Below, in pieces: positions 19,620 to 29,522 of a stretch of DNA of 64,000 bases (within the stretch, counting starts at the first letter, position 1; every line of letters starts with the position of its first letter). The position numbers were made by a program, and so were the translations under genes. The notes under the pieces are model-generated. The model did not search any database and was not told the origin of the DNA. It saw only the letters and a program-made list of their open reading frames with translations. Location: assembly GCA_020353515.1 (NCBI GenBank), contig CP070695.1:2674155-2738154 (forward strand), in the 5' to 3' direction. Source of the stretch: Candidatus Heimdallarchaeota archaeon. GTDB lineage: Archaea; Asgardarchaeota; Heimdallarchaeia; Hodarchaeales; Hodarchaeaceae.

Positions 19620-20012
19620 ATGGTTAGAAAAGTCCTGGATGAGAAACCAATTACTTTAGGGCAAGTATATGAACTCTTGAAAATACGGGAAGAAACAGGT
19701 ATAAATTATGTGCAACGGGTCACAGCACAGCATGCTGAAAAACTCTCACGCGATGCTGCCTTTTCAGAGGAAGCTATTCAGACAATAAAGGAAGAATTTG
19801 ATCTTCCTCGAATACTAGTTGTCCAAATATTAAATATAAATCCTAAGACATCAATTGATGTTAAAGCAATAACTGGTGATCGACTTTCTGACGATCAAAT
19901 AGATCAACTTCTTTCACGTTATACAGAGTATGTTACTTTGGCTGCAACAAAAGACAAGGAAATTTCTGAGGAAGAAGAGGAAGAAGTGGAAGAAGGATTT
20001 GAAGATCTCTAA
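19620..20012 (+). CDS. rpoF: RNA polymerase subunit F (Rpo4), acidic tail
   Basis: KVLDEKPITLGQVYELL...NYVQRVT..HAEKLS...VQILNINP; conserved position after rpl21e. Confidence 0.8.
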   Translation: MVRKVLDEKPITLGQVYELLKIREETGINYVQRVTAQHAEKLSRDAAFSEEAIQTIKEEFDLPRILVVQILNINPKTSIDVKAITGDRLSDDQIDQLLSRYTEYVTLAATKDKEISEEEEEEVEEGFEDL

Positions 20013-20210
20013 TATTTTTCACTCATTTTCTTTAAGAGAGTACTAATAGATAACTATTCATCGCTTGACTGATCTCTTCTGAAAGGATTACATATTCTGC
20101 AGCTTAATTCTACTTGAAATTTCTCCATCTTGTTGTACCAACTAAAATTAAATTTCAAAAGTAGTAAAAAGAATAAAGAAAATCATTGAGTTAAAGTACG
20201 ATTCTAATAA

Positions 20211-20346
20211 AGGGACGTGGCTTAGTTTGGAAAAGTTCCCGGTTCGGGTCCGTAAGCCGATTTCGGCTGGCGGCGTAACTCCGGGAGATCGGGGGTTCAA
20301 AGTTATTACGGCTGTGCGCCGTGTTATGAAAATCCCTCCGTCCCTA
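20211..20346 (+). tRNA. tRNA-Pro(CGG) with 2 introns (37/38: 20249-20279; 59/60: 20302-20332)
   Basis: AGGGACG/CGTCCCT acceptor, CCCGG TTCGGG|T CCGGG anticodon arm; T-loop BHB TTCA/TGAA. Confidence 0.9.
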
Positions 20347-20351
20347 TACCC

Positions 20352-20455
20352 TAGATACAGTCAAATTTAGTGAAGATCTTAACTTAAAGTCTTGTATACC
20401 TAATGAAATCCGGTTTCAGGAATTGTGATCAAGGATTCAAATCCCTTCATAACCA
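20352..20455 (+). pseudogene. Possible decayed tRNA-like remnant
   Basis: T-arm-like AAGGA TTCAAAT CCCTT ending ...ACCA, a D-arm-like 5' part and an internal hairpin, but no acceptor-stem pairing. Confidence 0.25.
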
Positions 20456-21028
20456 TTGGATAAGATCGTATATCAAATACAAGCGAGAAACTCAACAATG
20501 ACATCTTTTCCAAATTATTTTGATTGTATTCAATTACTGCTGGATCATTCAACCCCTCTGAGTGTTATTTCTCATCTGATTTTAACGACTCAAACAGCAC
20601 TTGATGTTACAAAAACTCTAAAAAAGAAGGGAAAATCAATCAATTGCGATCTTATTTTGGCAGGTGCCTTATTACATGATATTGGACGTTCAAAATCGCA
20701 TCGTTTGAATCATGGGATTATTGGTGCTCAAATTTTGCAAGAAGAAGGGTTTCCCGAGGAATTATCACAAATTGCAGAACATCACCTTTTTAGTGGAATA
20801 ACGAAGTATGAAGCCAGAGACTTAGGATTACCGTTTCAAAATTACCTCCCTAGAACCTTAGAAGAAAAAATAATCACTTATGCAGATAATATTTCCAAAA
20901 GAAAACCACTTCTATCAATAGATGAAGTGATTCAACGATATAGTAAATATATCGACAAATCTCATCCAATTCTCAAGAGGGTGCGTGTATTGCATACAGA
21001 GGTTGAAACCTTATTAAATGATGAATAA
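20456..21028 (+). CDS. HD-domain (HDIG) phosphohydrolase (likely start ~20498)
   Basis: ALLHDIGRS, HGIIGAQIL, EEKIITYADN. Confidence 0.88.
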   Translation: MDKIVYQIQARNSTMTSFPNYFDCIQLLLDHSTPLSVISHLILTTQTALDVTKTLKKKGKSINCDLILAGALLHDIGRSKSHRLNHGIIGAQILQEEGFPEELSQIAEHHLFSGITKYEARDLGLPFQNYLPRTLEEKIITYADNISKRKPLLSIDEVIQRYSKYIDKSHPILKRVRVLHTEVETLLNDE

Positions 21029-22046
21029 TGGTAGAAATAGAATGAGATCAATTCCTTCTTGCCAAAATTTTTTTGAATTTCTTCAAAAATTTCAAGGTAT
21101 GATCGTTTTAGTAATGCACTCTCAAGCTGATCCAGATACCGTTGGAGCAGCTATTGGATTAACTCATTTAATCCAAGTTATAAACCCTAATCTAGAAATA
21201 CGTACTTTAAAGCCAACACTGAGTGCTTTAGGTCACAGTTTGCTGGAATTTGCTAATTTTCATTTAGACCCCATTGAATCTAGCCATATCATCTCTCCTG
21301 CCTTATGTGTGCTTCTTGATACAAATTTCATTGATCCTCAGTTGGTTACTCCAAGAAGGCAGTTTGCAGTTATAGATCATCATATCCGTACTCAATTGGA
21401 AGTTGAAGTAGCATTTGATTATCAATTCAGTTCTTTTCGGGCAACTACTGAAATTATTGCATCTTGGTACTACAATGAGGACATCTCTCTAACTCAACAA
21501 GTGATCAAAGGCCTTCTCGCAGGAATCATATTTGATACAAGACGATTTCTTCATGCTGATGAGGAGCTTTTCAAATGTGTCAATTTTCTTCTCAGTAATA
21601 ATTCAAATGTCTACATAGAAACAATGAACCTTTTTTCATCCTCTCGCACACAATCAGAAAAGCTAGCTTGTATTAAAGCAGCTCAACGTATGAAACGTTT
21701 TCACATAAATTCTAAGATCTTACTTTTATCATATGTAAGTTCGTTTGAAGCTGCAGCTGCTCGTTCACTCATTTCTTTAGGAGGAGATATTGCTATAGTC
21801 ATTGCTAATAGGAAACAAGAAACTCGAATCAGTTTTCGTACGACTTTGGCGCTACCTAAAGAAACAGGAATATCTCTCGGTAGAGATATCATTCCTGACT
21901 TAATTAATCAATTTGGGGGAACTGGAGGGGGACATGATAGTGCAGCAGGATACAATGCACCTCTATTAGAGATTAAGGCTGTCAAAGAATTCTTGTTCCA
22001 GCTTTTTGAGAAGATCTTGTCTAGGAAAGATCTAAAAAATAGCTAA
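21018..22046 (+). CDS. DHH/DHHA1 phosphoesterase (nanoRNase-like)
   Basis: HSQADPD, LLDT, IDHH, GIIFDT, GGGHDSAAG. Confidence 0.88.
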   Translation: MMNNGRNRMRSIPSCQNFFEFLQKFQGMIVLVMHSQADPDTVGAAIGLTHLIQVINPNLEIRTLKPTLSALGHSLLEFANFHLDPIESSHIISPALCVLLDTNFIDPQLVTPRRQFAVIDHHIRTQLEVEVAFDYQFSSFRATTEIIASWYYNEDISLTQQVIKGLLAGIIFDTRRFLHADEELFKCVNFLLSNNSNVYIETMNLFSSSRTQSEKLACIKAAQRMKRFHINSKILLLSYVSSFEAAAARSLISLGGDIAIVIANRKQETRISFRTTLALPKETGISLGRDIIPDLINQFGGTGGGHDSAAGYNAPLLEIKAVKEFLFQLFEKILSRKDLKNS

Positions 22047-22094
22047 TAATTGATCTTGTAGATAATGTTTGTTTCGGGTTACAGCTCCATTTTT

Positions 22095-22418
22095 TTAAGA
22101 TAAGAGGAACTCAGAACGAATAAAATCGTATTCTTCTTTATTGAGGCAATATGTATCAAATTTACTATCCCGAAGTGCGAGTTGAACAGCCAAATTATGT
22201 TTACATTTAGAAACACGGTTGTTCAACACACTATGTTGAAAATCGTAACAGCGACACCAATAAGGGTCCATCATAACCAAGTATTCTCTTGTATTTCCCA
22301 CAACAAGCCATCGTTCCACTTGCTGGGTACTACTAAAATTGATAATGTATTTTTTAACGCTCTCTTTTTCTACTAAATCCTTTGCTTCTTTTAATCGTGC
22401 TGAAAATTCTGATGTCAA
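22095..22418 (-). CDS. SWIM zinc-finger protein
   Basis: WLVVGNTREYLV..WCRCYDF...KCKH (CxC-n-CxH). Confidence 0.75.
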   Translation of the reverse strand: MTSEFSARLKEAKDLVEKESVKKYIINFSSTQQVERWLVVGNTREYLVMMDPYWCRCYDFQHSVLNNRVSKCKHNLAVQLALRDSKFDTYCLNKEEYDFIRSEFLLS

Positions 22419-23018
22419 TTAATTTCTCACCATTTCAAGTAAGAAATTAGTTGCTGAGAGCAATTCTTCTGATTGTGTCAATTCCTTCTTCAGATCTGAA
22501 ATTCGTTGATTAAAGATATCTTCTGGAATTTCTTCTATCTCTTTTCGTACAGAAAGCTCTTCAATACTATACTTTAAGGAATGAGCTCCTTTTGAAGCAC
22601 CTTGTTTTAATTCTCTTAATTGCTCAACTACCTGGTTGATTTGTTGTGTTATTGTTCCTTTCTCTTCCAAATATTCGTTTTTAAGAGATTTGTAAACTGA
22701 GGCTTGAATCCCAGCCTTTTTTTCCTCCAATCTTTTTATACGCTCTTGTAGGGTTTTTCGTTTATTAAGAAGATCAAAAACTGGGTGTTCTATTGATCCA
22801 ATTTTCTCTTTGTCTTTAACAAGATTTGCGATCGCTTGATCAAGTTCTTTTATCTCTTCGCTGAAATCAGATTCTTCGATTTCAGCACGAATCTTAAGCT
22901 TTTCTAACTTAACTTCCAGTTTTTTAAGCTCTTCGTCTATTTTAACTCTTTTTACTACTTTTTTTAACGATTCTGGAGTTATATCCATCTGATTAGCCGT
23001 CATTTCGAGAGTCTCCAA
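22419..23018 (-). CDS. Coiled-coil protein, CdvA-like C-terminal repeats
   Basis: RLEEKKAGIQASVYKSLKNEY and EELSVRKEIEEIPEDIFNQRISDL resemble CdvA-type coiled-coil segments; no PRC barrel. Confidence 0.45.
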   Translation of the reverse strand: METLEMTANQMDITPESLKKVVKRVKIDEELKKLEVKLEKLKIRAEIEESDFSEEIKELDQAIANLVKDKEKIGSIEHPVFDLLNKRKTLQERIKRLEEKKAGIQASVYKSLKNEYLEEKGTITQQINQVVEQLRELKQGASKGAHSLKYSIEELSVRKEIEEIPEDIFNQRISDLKKELTQSEELLSATNFLLEMVRN

Positions 23019-23460
23019 AGGAGAGGAATAACCTAATTTTTTGTTTTTTTTTACTAATAAAATGATTTCCTTAGGGGATTGAAGTGAGTTTAAAAAGGAT
23101 TTTTATTACATGTTATTGCATCCTTGGGTTGTATTTCAAAGTTTAAACAATGTATTTTGCCTTATTTGACATTTAAAGCAAATATTATTCTTTTCTATCC
23201 ATGTCATAATGAAATAAGATCTAAATGATGAGACGTTAAGAAATTATGGTTATTTTAGCTTCAATTTAACAGCAAAGATCTCTTTGATAACATTAAACTT
23301 GTTTCTTGATCGTTGAGGTGTAACAATCAATTTAAAATAACATTTTTAATTCCTTTGATGATGTCTGCAACAATCCTTTTCGATAGAACATCTCCTAGCC
23401 CTTAAGTATTCATATTAATAATTAACTAACTAGATAAAATTGAATTAGAAGGAACCTAAC

Positions 23461-25254
23461 TTGACATCAAAAGTCCAAACAGGTAAAATTGTTAGAATTT
23501 CAGGCCCTGTTGTTGAAATAAGTGGCATGAATCGTGCCCAACTTTATGAAATCGTTAGGGTCGGTGAGGAACAGCTAATCGGAGAGATCATTCGAATCAG
23601 TCAATCTGGAAATCGGCATATCTCAACAGTTCAAGTTTATGAAGAAACTACTGGTTTAAAACCGAGGGAAGAGGCAGTTGCAACAGGAAATCCTCTGAGT
23701 GCAGAACTTGGTCCAGGATTAATCACACGCATCTATGATGGTATCCAACGCCCATTACCAGCCCTTCAATTGGAAGAAGGAGATTTTATTACCCGAGGTC
23801 TAACAGCTGCTCCGTTAGATTTAGATAAAAAATGGTTTTTTAAACCACTTGTGAATACGGGAGATAGAATTAAGGGGGGATCCTATCTTGGAGAAGTAAA
23901 AGAATCTAGAATGGTGGATCATAGAATCATGGTTCCTCCTGGCATCGGTTCTGCAAAGGTAACCTCTATCGCTGATCCTGACGAATACTCAATAACGGAA
24001 ACAATTGCTCAAATCGATGTCGAAGGACAATTTCCATTTGCACTGCCTATAACTATGAGACAAATTTGGCCAGTTAGAAATCCTCGTCCGTTTAAACGAA
24101 AATTAGAAGCAAATATCCCACTAATAACAGGCCAACGCATATTTGATACCTTTTTCCCTATAGCTAAGGGAGGAGTAGCAGCCATTCCTGGAGGATTTGG
24201 TACAGGTAAGACTGTTAGTCAACATCAACTCGCAAAATGGTCTGATGCCACAGTTGTTGTTTATGTTGGATGTGGAGAACGCGGTAACGAAATGGCAGAA
24301 GTTTTGAAAGAATTTCCAGATCTTGAAGATCCACATTCGGGAGAAAAACTAATGCAGCGGACTGTTCTGATCGCTAACACCTCTAATATGCCTGTTGCAG
24401 CACGAGAAGCCTCCATCTACTTAGGAATTACTATAGCTGAATATTATCGTGATATGGGATATGATGTCGCTTTAATGGCAGATTCAACAAGTCGGTGGGC
24501 TGAAGCTCTCCGTGAAATTTCAGGTCGTTTAGAAGAAATGCCTGGAGAAGAGGGTTACCCTGCTTATCTCGCTTCCAGAATAGCAGAATTCTATGAAAGA
24601 GCAGGGAGAATTGAAACACTCTCTGGTCATAAAGCTAGTATATCTGCCATAGGTGCTATTTCTCCAGGAGGAGGAGATTTTTCAGAACCTGTAACTCAAA
24701 ATACATTGAAAACAGTAAGAGTGTTTTGGGCATTAAGTTATCCTTTAGCACGGTCTAGGCATTTTCCTGCAATATCGTGGTTAGAGAGTTATAGTCTATA
24801 TATTGATTCATTGGCAAAATGGTATCATGAAAAAGTTGCACCAGACTTTAATAAGCTTAGAGAAGAAGCAATGGCACTTCTTCAAAAAGAAAAGGAATTA
24901 CAAGAGATAGTACAACTTATAGGACCAGATGCTTTGCCTGAATCAGAAAAAATTATCCTTCAAGCTGCTAAAATGATTAGAGAAGATTTTCTCCAACAAA
25001 ATGCTTATTCAGATGACTCTTATTGCAGTCTGGATAAACAGTTCCAGATGCTCAAAATAATAATGAAATTCTACGAAAAGATGCGAGAAAAACACAGTGC
25101 AGGAGTCCCTCTTGAGAAAATGACTTCTCTTCCCGTTTTGGCGGAAATCGCTAGTTTAAAATGGTCTTTTGATGCAGAATTTGACGCATTATATGAAAAG
25201 TGTTGGGATTTCATTCAGAACAAAATGGAACCGAGTGATTTTGGGATTGCGTGA
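23461..25254 (+). CDS. atpA: A/V-type ATP synthase catalytic subunit A
   Basis: PGGFGTGKT, GCGERGNEM, ANTSNMPVAAREAS, DSTSRWAEALRE, GGDFSEPVTQ. Confidence 0.97.
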   Translation: MTSKVQTGKIVRISGPVVEISGMNRAQLYEIVRVGEEQLIGEIIRISQSGNRHISTVQVYEETTGLKPREEAVATGNPLSAELGPGLITRIYDGIQRPLPALQLEEGDFITRGLTAAPLDLDKKWFFKPLVNTGDRIKGGSYLGEVKESRMVDHRIMVPPGIGSAKVTSIADPDEYSITETIAQIDVEGQFPFALPITMRQIWPVRNPRPFKRKLEANIPLITGQRIFDTFFPIAKGGVAAIPGGFGTGKTVSQHQLAKWSDATVVVYVGCGERGNEMAEVLKEFPDLEDPHSGEKLMQRTVLIANTSNMPVAAREASIYLGITIAEYYRDMGYDVALMADSTSRWAEALREISGRLEEMPGEEGYPAYLASRIAEFYERAGRIETLSGHKASISAIGAISPGGGDFSEPVTQNTLKTVRVFWALSYPLARSRHFPAISWLESYSLYIDSLAKWYHEKVAPDFNKLREEAMALLQKEKELQEIVQLIGPDALPESEKIILQAAKMIREDFLQQNAYSDDSYCSLDKQFQMLKIIMKFYEKMREKHSAGVPLEKMTSLPVLAEIASLKWSFDAEFDALYEKCWDFIQNKMEPSDFGIA

Positions 25255-25257
25255 TAC

Positions 25258-25896
25258 ATGGCACCTCTACTGCCTTTAGCTCCTGGACATGAGAATACAA
25301 CTCTAGCTTTGATTACTCTTTTCTTAGTTTTTGGATTTTATGGTTTAATTTTTCCTTTTTTATTGGTAATTCCCCCCATTCTATTTTTAGGATTATGTGG
25401 TCATCTTTTCTTCTTTCGTGATCCAAATCGTGAGATTAATCGCGATTCTCAACTCATTATCGCCCCTGCTGATGGAAAGGTTTACGAACTTGATGCTTTG
25501 AAAGGAATTATTAGAATTAGAATGTCTCTTTTCAATGTTCATGTAACACGAAATCCTGTCTCTGGTAATGTTACTGCAATTGATATTCAAGAAGGAAAGC
25601 ATTGGCCTTTCCTTTCTTTTATTCGTAAAGGAACGAATGAGAATACCAGACAGATAATTCAGATTGAAAATTCAAATGGTAAATTTTTCGTAGTTCAGAT
25701 TGTTGGGATTCTAGCTCGACGCTGTACATGTTATTTTTCTGTGAACGATCAGATTCAGCAGAGTGATCGCCTTGGAATGATTTACTATGGTAGTGAGGTT
25801 GATCTTCACTTTCCTCCTGAAAAATTTTATATTCTAGTCAAGATAAAAGATAAAATGATAGCAGGTCAAACTCCAATTGCTAGATTAAAAGATTAA
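25258..25896 (+). CDS. psd: Phosphatidyl/archaetidylserine decarboxylase proenzyme
   Basis: FFFRDPNR, APADGKV, MSLFNVHVTRNPVSG, GMIYYGSEVD (pyruvoyl G-S site). Confidence 0.9.
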   Translation: MAPLLPLAPGHENTTLALITLFLVFGFYGLIFPFLLVIPPILFLGLCGHLFFFRDPNREINRDSQLIIAPADGKVYELDALKGIIRIRMSLFNVHVTRNPVSGNVTAIDIQEGKHWPFLSFIRKGTNENTRQIIQIENSNGKFFVVQIVGILARRCTCYFSVNDQIQQSDRLGMIYYGSEVDLHFPPEKFYILVKIKDKMIAGQTPIARLKD

Positions 25897-25914
25897 ATAA
25901 GCTAACCCTACTTT

Positions 25915-26664
25915 GTGGTGAGAATCCTGTCTTCGATTAACAAGTTTACTCTTCTTGCTTTCTTATTTACTGGCTTAAATGCAATGTGTGGTCTTATCGG
26001 AATAATTGCATCAATTTACTATTCAAATGACTTACCTTTTCTTCCAATGCAACTATTGATCTTTGGAGCAATCTTTGATTTTCTAGATGGAAGAATAGCT
26101 AAAATGGCTTCTGTAAGCTCTGCATTTGGAGCCTACTTAGATTCCATTGGGGATGTCATTACTTTTGCCATCCTTCCAGGGATTATGCTTCTTAATTCCC
26201 CACTACTTGGGAGTGAAATTGCTGGATTAAACTTGTATATTGCATTGGGAGTTGCGGGTTTTTATTCTTTATGTGGATGGGGACGATTAATACGTTTTGC
26301 CACACGACCCACAGACATTTATTTTGAGGGGCTTCCCTCTCCTGCAGCAGCCCTTTTAGTTGGATCCAGTGCAATTTTAGCAATACAACATGAAATGACC
26401 TGGTTATTTTGGTCCAATGGTCTTCCCCTCACATTTATTACTTTAATAACGGGTATTTTAATGATTTTAACAATAGATTATCCTACACCAAAAAGGGGGA
26501 AAACTCCAGATATGGTGGCTATTGGAATCGCTGGGCTAATTGTAATAATCTTTGTAATTCTCCCCAATACTCTAACTCTTAGTGGTATTCTTTTTATTGC
26601 CTTACTTTACACCATTTTAGGTCCCACTATGTATTTAAAAGTAACAAGCGGCTCGAAAAGATGA
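25915..26664 (+). CDS. pssA: CDP-alcohol phosphatidyltransferase (archaetidylserine synthase-like)
   Basis: DFLDGRIAK...FGAYLDSIGDVITF, RLIRF, FEGLPSPAAA. Confidence 0.88.
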   Translation: MVRILSSINKFTLLAFLFTGLNAMCGLIGIIASIYYSNDLPFLPMQLLIFGAIFDFLDGRIAKMASVSSAFGAYLDSIGDVITFAILPGIMLLNSPLLGSEIAGLNLYIALGVAGFYSLCGWGRLIRFATRPTDIYFEGLPSPAAALLVGSSAILAIQHEMTWLFWSNGLPLTFITLITGILMILTIDYPTPKRGKTPDMVAIGIAGLIVIIFVILPNTLTLSGILFIALLYTILGPTMYLKVTSGSKR

Positions 26665-26745
26665 TTAGTTAATTAAAAATCTTAGATATTCCTGTCATAT
26701 CATATTATTCCACTACAAGTCTTGTTAAAGGGTCGTATCTTCTTT

Positions 26746-27669
26746 TTAATTACCTCGCATTAGATCTAAGACAATTCTTGTTAAAGTATCCTCTATTTCT
26801 GTTTGTTGGAATAGCATTTTCAAGAAATTGTTCAAGTCAGTTAAATTTGGATGTCGAGTTTTTAATAAAAGAGAATATTCTTGGTTTGTTCGATAAACAT
26901 TCAGAACACGTTCATCCTGCAAACAATAATTAATTACAGTTCGATATCTCAATGGAGCTTTGACTTGTATGTATGAATGGATGTACCTTTCTTTCCAATA
27001 GGGAGTATTTATTGAATATCCCAAGATAAAATTCTCTTTTTTCCATTTTTTTAATTTTCGGTAAATAGTAGGCTGGTTATCTTTTAATTTTTCAGCTATT
27101 TTATAAGTGGAAGGAGGAAAATCAAATGTTTCTCCTAATTTCTGAATTGAAAGGAGTGTTTCTAATTCTTCGGATTTAAGTTGACTTTTCAATTCTGGAA
27201 TTGGTATCCCATTTTCTTTGTGAGCCTCAATAACTTCGATCATTTGGTATTTTTGAAAACCAGTCTCCCCGATGAGCTCATAGAGATGATCCAAAGACTT
27301 CAAAAATTCCGTTGTATTTGGAAAATGAAATCTACAAATAAGTGAAAATTCTCCTGTGATACCTTCTAAAGTGCTTAACGAGTTCTGATCGTAACTGCTT
27401 AATAATTCATCGACTACTAGAGGTTCATTTGGATTTGTTTTAAAAAGAAGAAAAAATATGCGCTGTTGATGTGACAGAGGATTTAACACTAGCTGCCAAG
27501 ATTTTATTAAACCCTTTTTTCGCATATCTAGTATTTGTTTTCGTAACCACGTTGATGAAAGCCCAATTTCTGCTGCAACACCCTGCAGCGAGGAATACCG
27601 TCGTGTACTTAAAGCACGTAAAATGTTTTCGATCAGTTCGGTAGATTTTGGATTTTTCAACATATTCAC
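26746..27669 (-). CDS. Tandem Lrp/AsnC-family transcriptional regulator
   Basis: Two HTH plus ligand-domain repeats (ITGEFSLI; TNQEYSLLLK); divergent from ahcY. Confidence 0.8.
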   Translation of the reverse strand: MNMLKNPKSTELIENILRALSTRRYSSLQGVAAEIGLSSTWLRKQILDMRKKGLIKSWQLVLNPLSHQQRIFFLLFKTNPNEPLVVDELLSSYDQNSLSTLEGITGEFSLICRFHFPNTTEFLKSLDHLYELIGETGFQKYQMIEVIEAHKENGIPIPELKSQLKSEELETLLSIQKLGETFDFPPSTYKIAEKLKDNQPTIYRKLKKWKKENFILGYSINTPYWKERYIHSYIQVKAPLRYRTVINYCLQDERVLNVYRTNQEYSLLLKTRHPNLTDLNNFLKMLFQQTEIEDTLTRIVLDLMRGN

Positions 27670-27796
27670 TAAATGTAAAATGAATCATTTTTGAATATAT
27701 ATATATATTATTATTCTGTTTATAACACTTTATCTGGCCAATATGTATTAAACTAAAATTCTTGCTCTGAATCTTGAATAAAAATCTTAGAAATGT

Positions 27797-29161
27797 TTGA
27801 TTTTTGGTGATTTTATCTTGACGATTGAAACAGAGAAAGGTGAAACATACGAGATAAGAGATTTTTCCCTTAAAAATGAAGGATTAAAAACCATGGAATG
27901 GGCTGCAAGTCGAATGCCTGTTCTTCAGTTTATAAAAAAACGATTTGAAGAAGATAAGCCATTTAAAGGAATACGAATTGGAGCATGTCTTCATGTCACT
28001 AAAGAGACATCACAATTATGCGAAGCATGGCTCGCAGGAGGAGCAGAAGTTTACCTCTGTGCTTCAAATCCTTTATCATCCCAAGATGAGATAACAGCCG
28101 CCCTTGTTTCAAAAGGTGTCAATGTTTATGCGTGGAAATTTATGGACACCGAAGGATATTATCGAGCTATTGGCCATGTCATTAACGCTAGACCACATAT
28201 TACTATTGATGATGGTGCCGATTTAGTCTCAATTCTTCATAAACTAAAGCGAGGGGAAAGAGATGAGGAAGTAGAAATTGTTCAAAAGATCATTGGTGAT
28301 GTAACTGATATCATCGATGGAGTATGGGGTGGAGCAGAAGAAACGACAACAGGAATCATTCGCCTCCAAGCCATGGCAGATGACGGAGCCCTACTATACC
28401 CCATAATGGCAACCAACTCCTCTCCTAGTAAAAATTTGTTTGACAATGTGTACGGTACTGGTCAATCCAGTATTGATGGGATTCTAAGAGCAACAGCAGA
28501 TCTGATTGCATCAAAAGTGTTTGTAATAGCAGGATATGGCCATTGTGGAAAGGGGGTTGCAATGCGAGCCAAGGGTATGGGTGCAAGCCGGGTCATCATC
28601 ACAGAAATAGAACCTCACGCAGCATTGCAAGCAGTTATGGAAGGCATGGAAGTGATGCCTATGATCGAAGCAGCAAAGATTGCTGACATTATTATCACTG
28701 CAACGGGTTGTAAGGATGTTGTACGCAAAGAACACTTTGAAGTAATGAAGGACGGAGTAATTGCTTGTAATACAGGTCACTTTAATGTTGAGATTAATAT
28801 CCCTGATTTAGACTCATTAGCTGAGAATAAAGTAAAAATTCGTCCATTTGTCGATCAGTATACTATGGAAGATGGGAGAAAAATTAATCTCCTCGGTGAA
28901 GGGCGACTCATCAACTTAGCAGCAGCAGAAGGACATAGCCCTGAGATCATGGACACGAGCTTTGCCCTGCAAGCTCTCGCAACTGAATATATCTTAAAAA
29001 ACAAGGAGCAGCTTAAAAATATTGGTGGGAGAGTTATTCAGATTCCCGATGATATTGACAATAATGTAGCTTTATTAAAATGTAAGGCATTAGGTATAAA
29101 TCTTGATATTCTGACGCCTGGACAAGAAAAATATCTTTCAAGTTGGCACGTGGGAACGTAA
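27797..29161 (+). CDS. ahcY: S-adenosylhomocysteine hydrolase
   Basis: ACLHVTKET, SNPLSSQD, EETTTG, FDNVYGTGQS, GRLINLAAAEGH. Confidence 0.97.
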   Translation: MIFGDFILTIETEKGETYEIRDFSLKNEGLKTMEWAASRMPVLQFIKKRFEEDKPFKGIRIGACLHVTKETSQLCEAWLAGGAEVYLCASNPLSSQDEITAALVSKGVNVYAWKFMDTEGYYRAIGHVINARPHITIDDGADLVSILHKLKRGERDEEVEIVQKIIGDVTDIIDGVWGGAEETTTGIIRLQAMADDGALLYPIMATNSSPSKNLFDNVYGTGQSSIDGILRATADLIASKVFVIAGYGHCGKGVAMRAKGMGASRVIITEIEPHAALQAVMEGMEVMPMIEAAKIADIIITATGCKDVVRKEHFEVMKDGVIACNTGHFNVEINIPDLDSLAENKVKIRPFVDQYTMEDGRKINLLGEGRLINLAAAEGHSPEIMDTSFALQALATEYILKNKEQLKNIGGRVIQIPDDIDNNVALLKCKALGINLDILTPGQEKYLSSWHVGT

Positions 29162-29522
29162 TAATCCATCTTCTATCCGTATTTCATACTTTCTTCCTTT
29201 TTTTAGCTTGATACTGATTTTCACACTATAAGGTAATCCTGAAATTACTCGCTCGGGTAATGAAGGTAGGATCCCTTTGTAATATTGCCATTCATTCTTA
29301 GAAATCACACTCATATTTTTTCATTCACAACCGTGTGAAATGATAAATTATATTAATCTCCATATACATTGGGGCAACCTATCCCTTATACTCCTTCCCA
29401 TGAGACACCTTGATAGAAATAATTTGAAGAGCTACTCTTCTAGGAGGCAATTATTCATGAATCCTCCCCCTCTACTCTGAAATCGTATTATAAGAGCATA
29501 TTATTGCTCTCATGAACCCACC

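Noticed and set aside
29162-29522. Intergenic stretch with short hairpins, considered as ncRNA or pseudogene
   Set aside because: No SRP or RNase P RNA signature; the frames are interrupted and no homology is recognisable.
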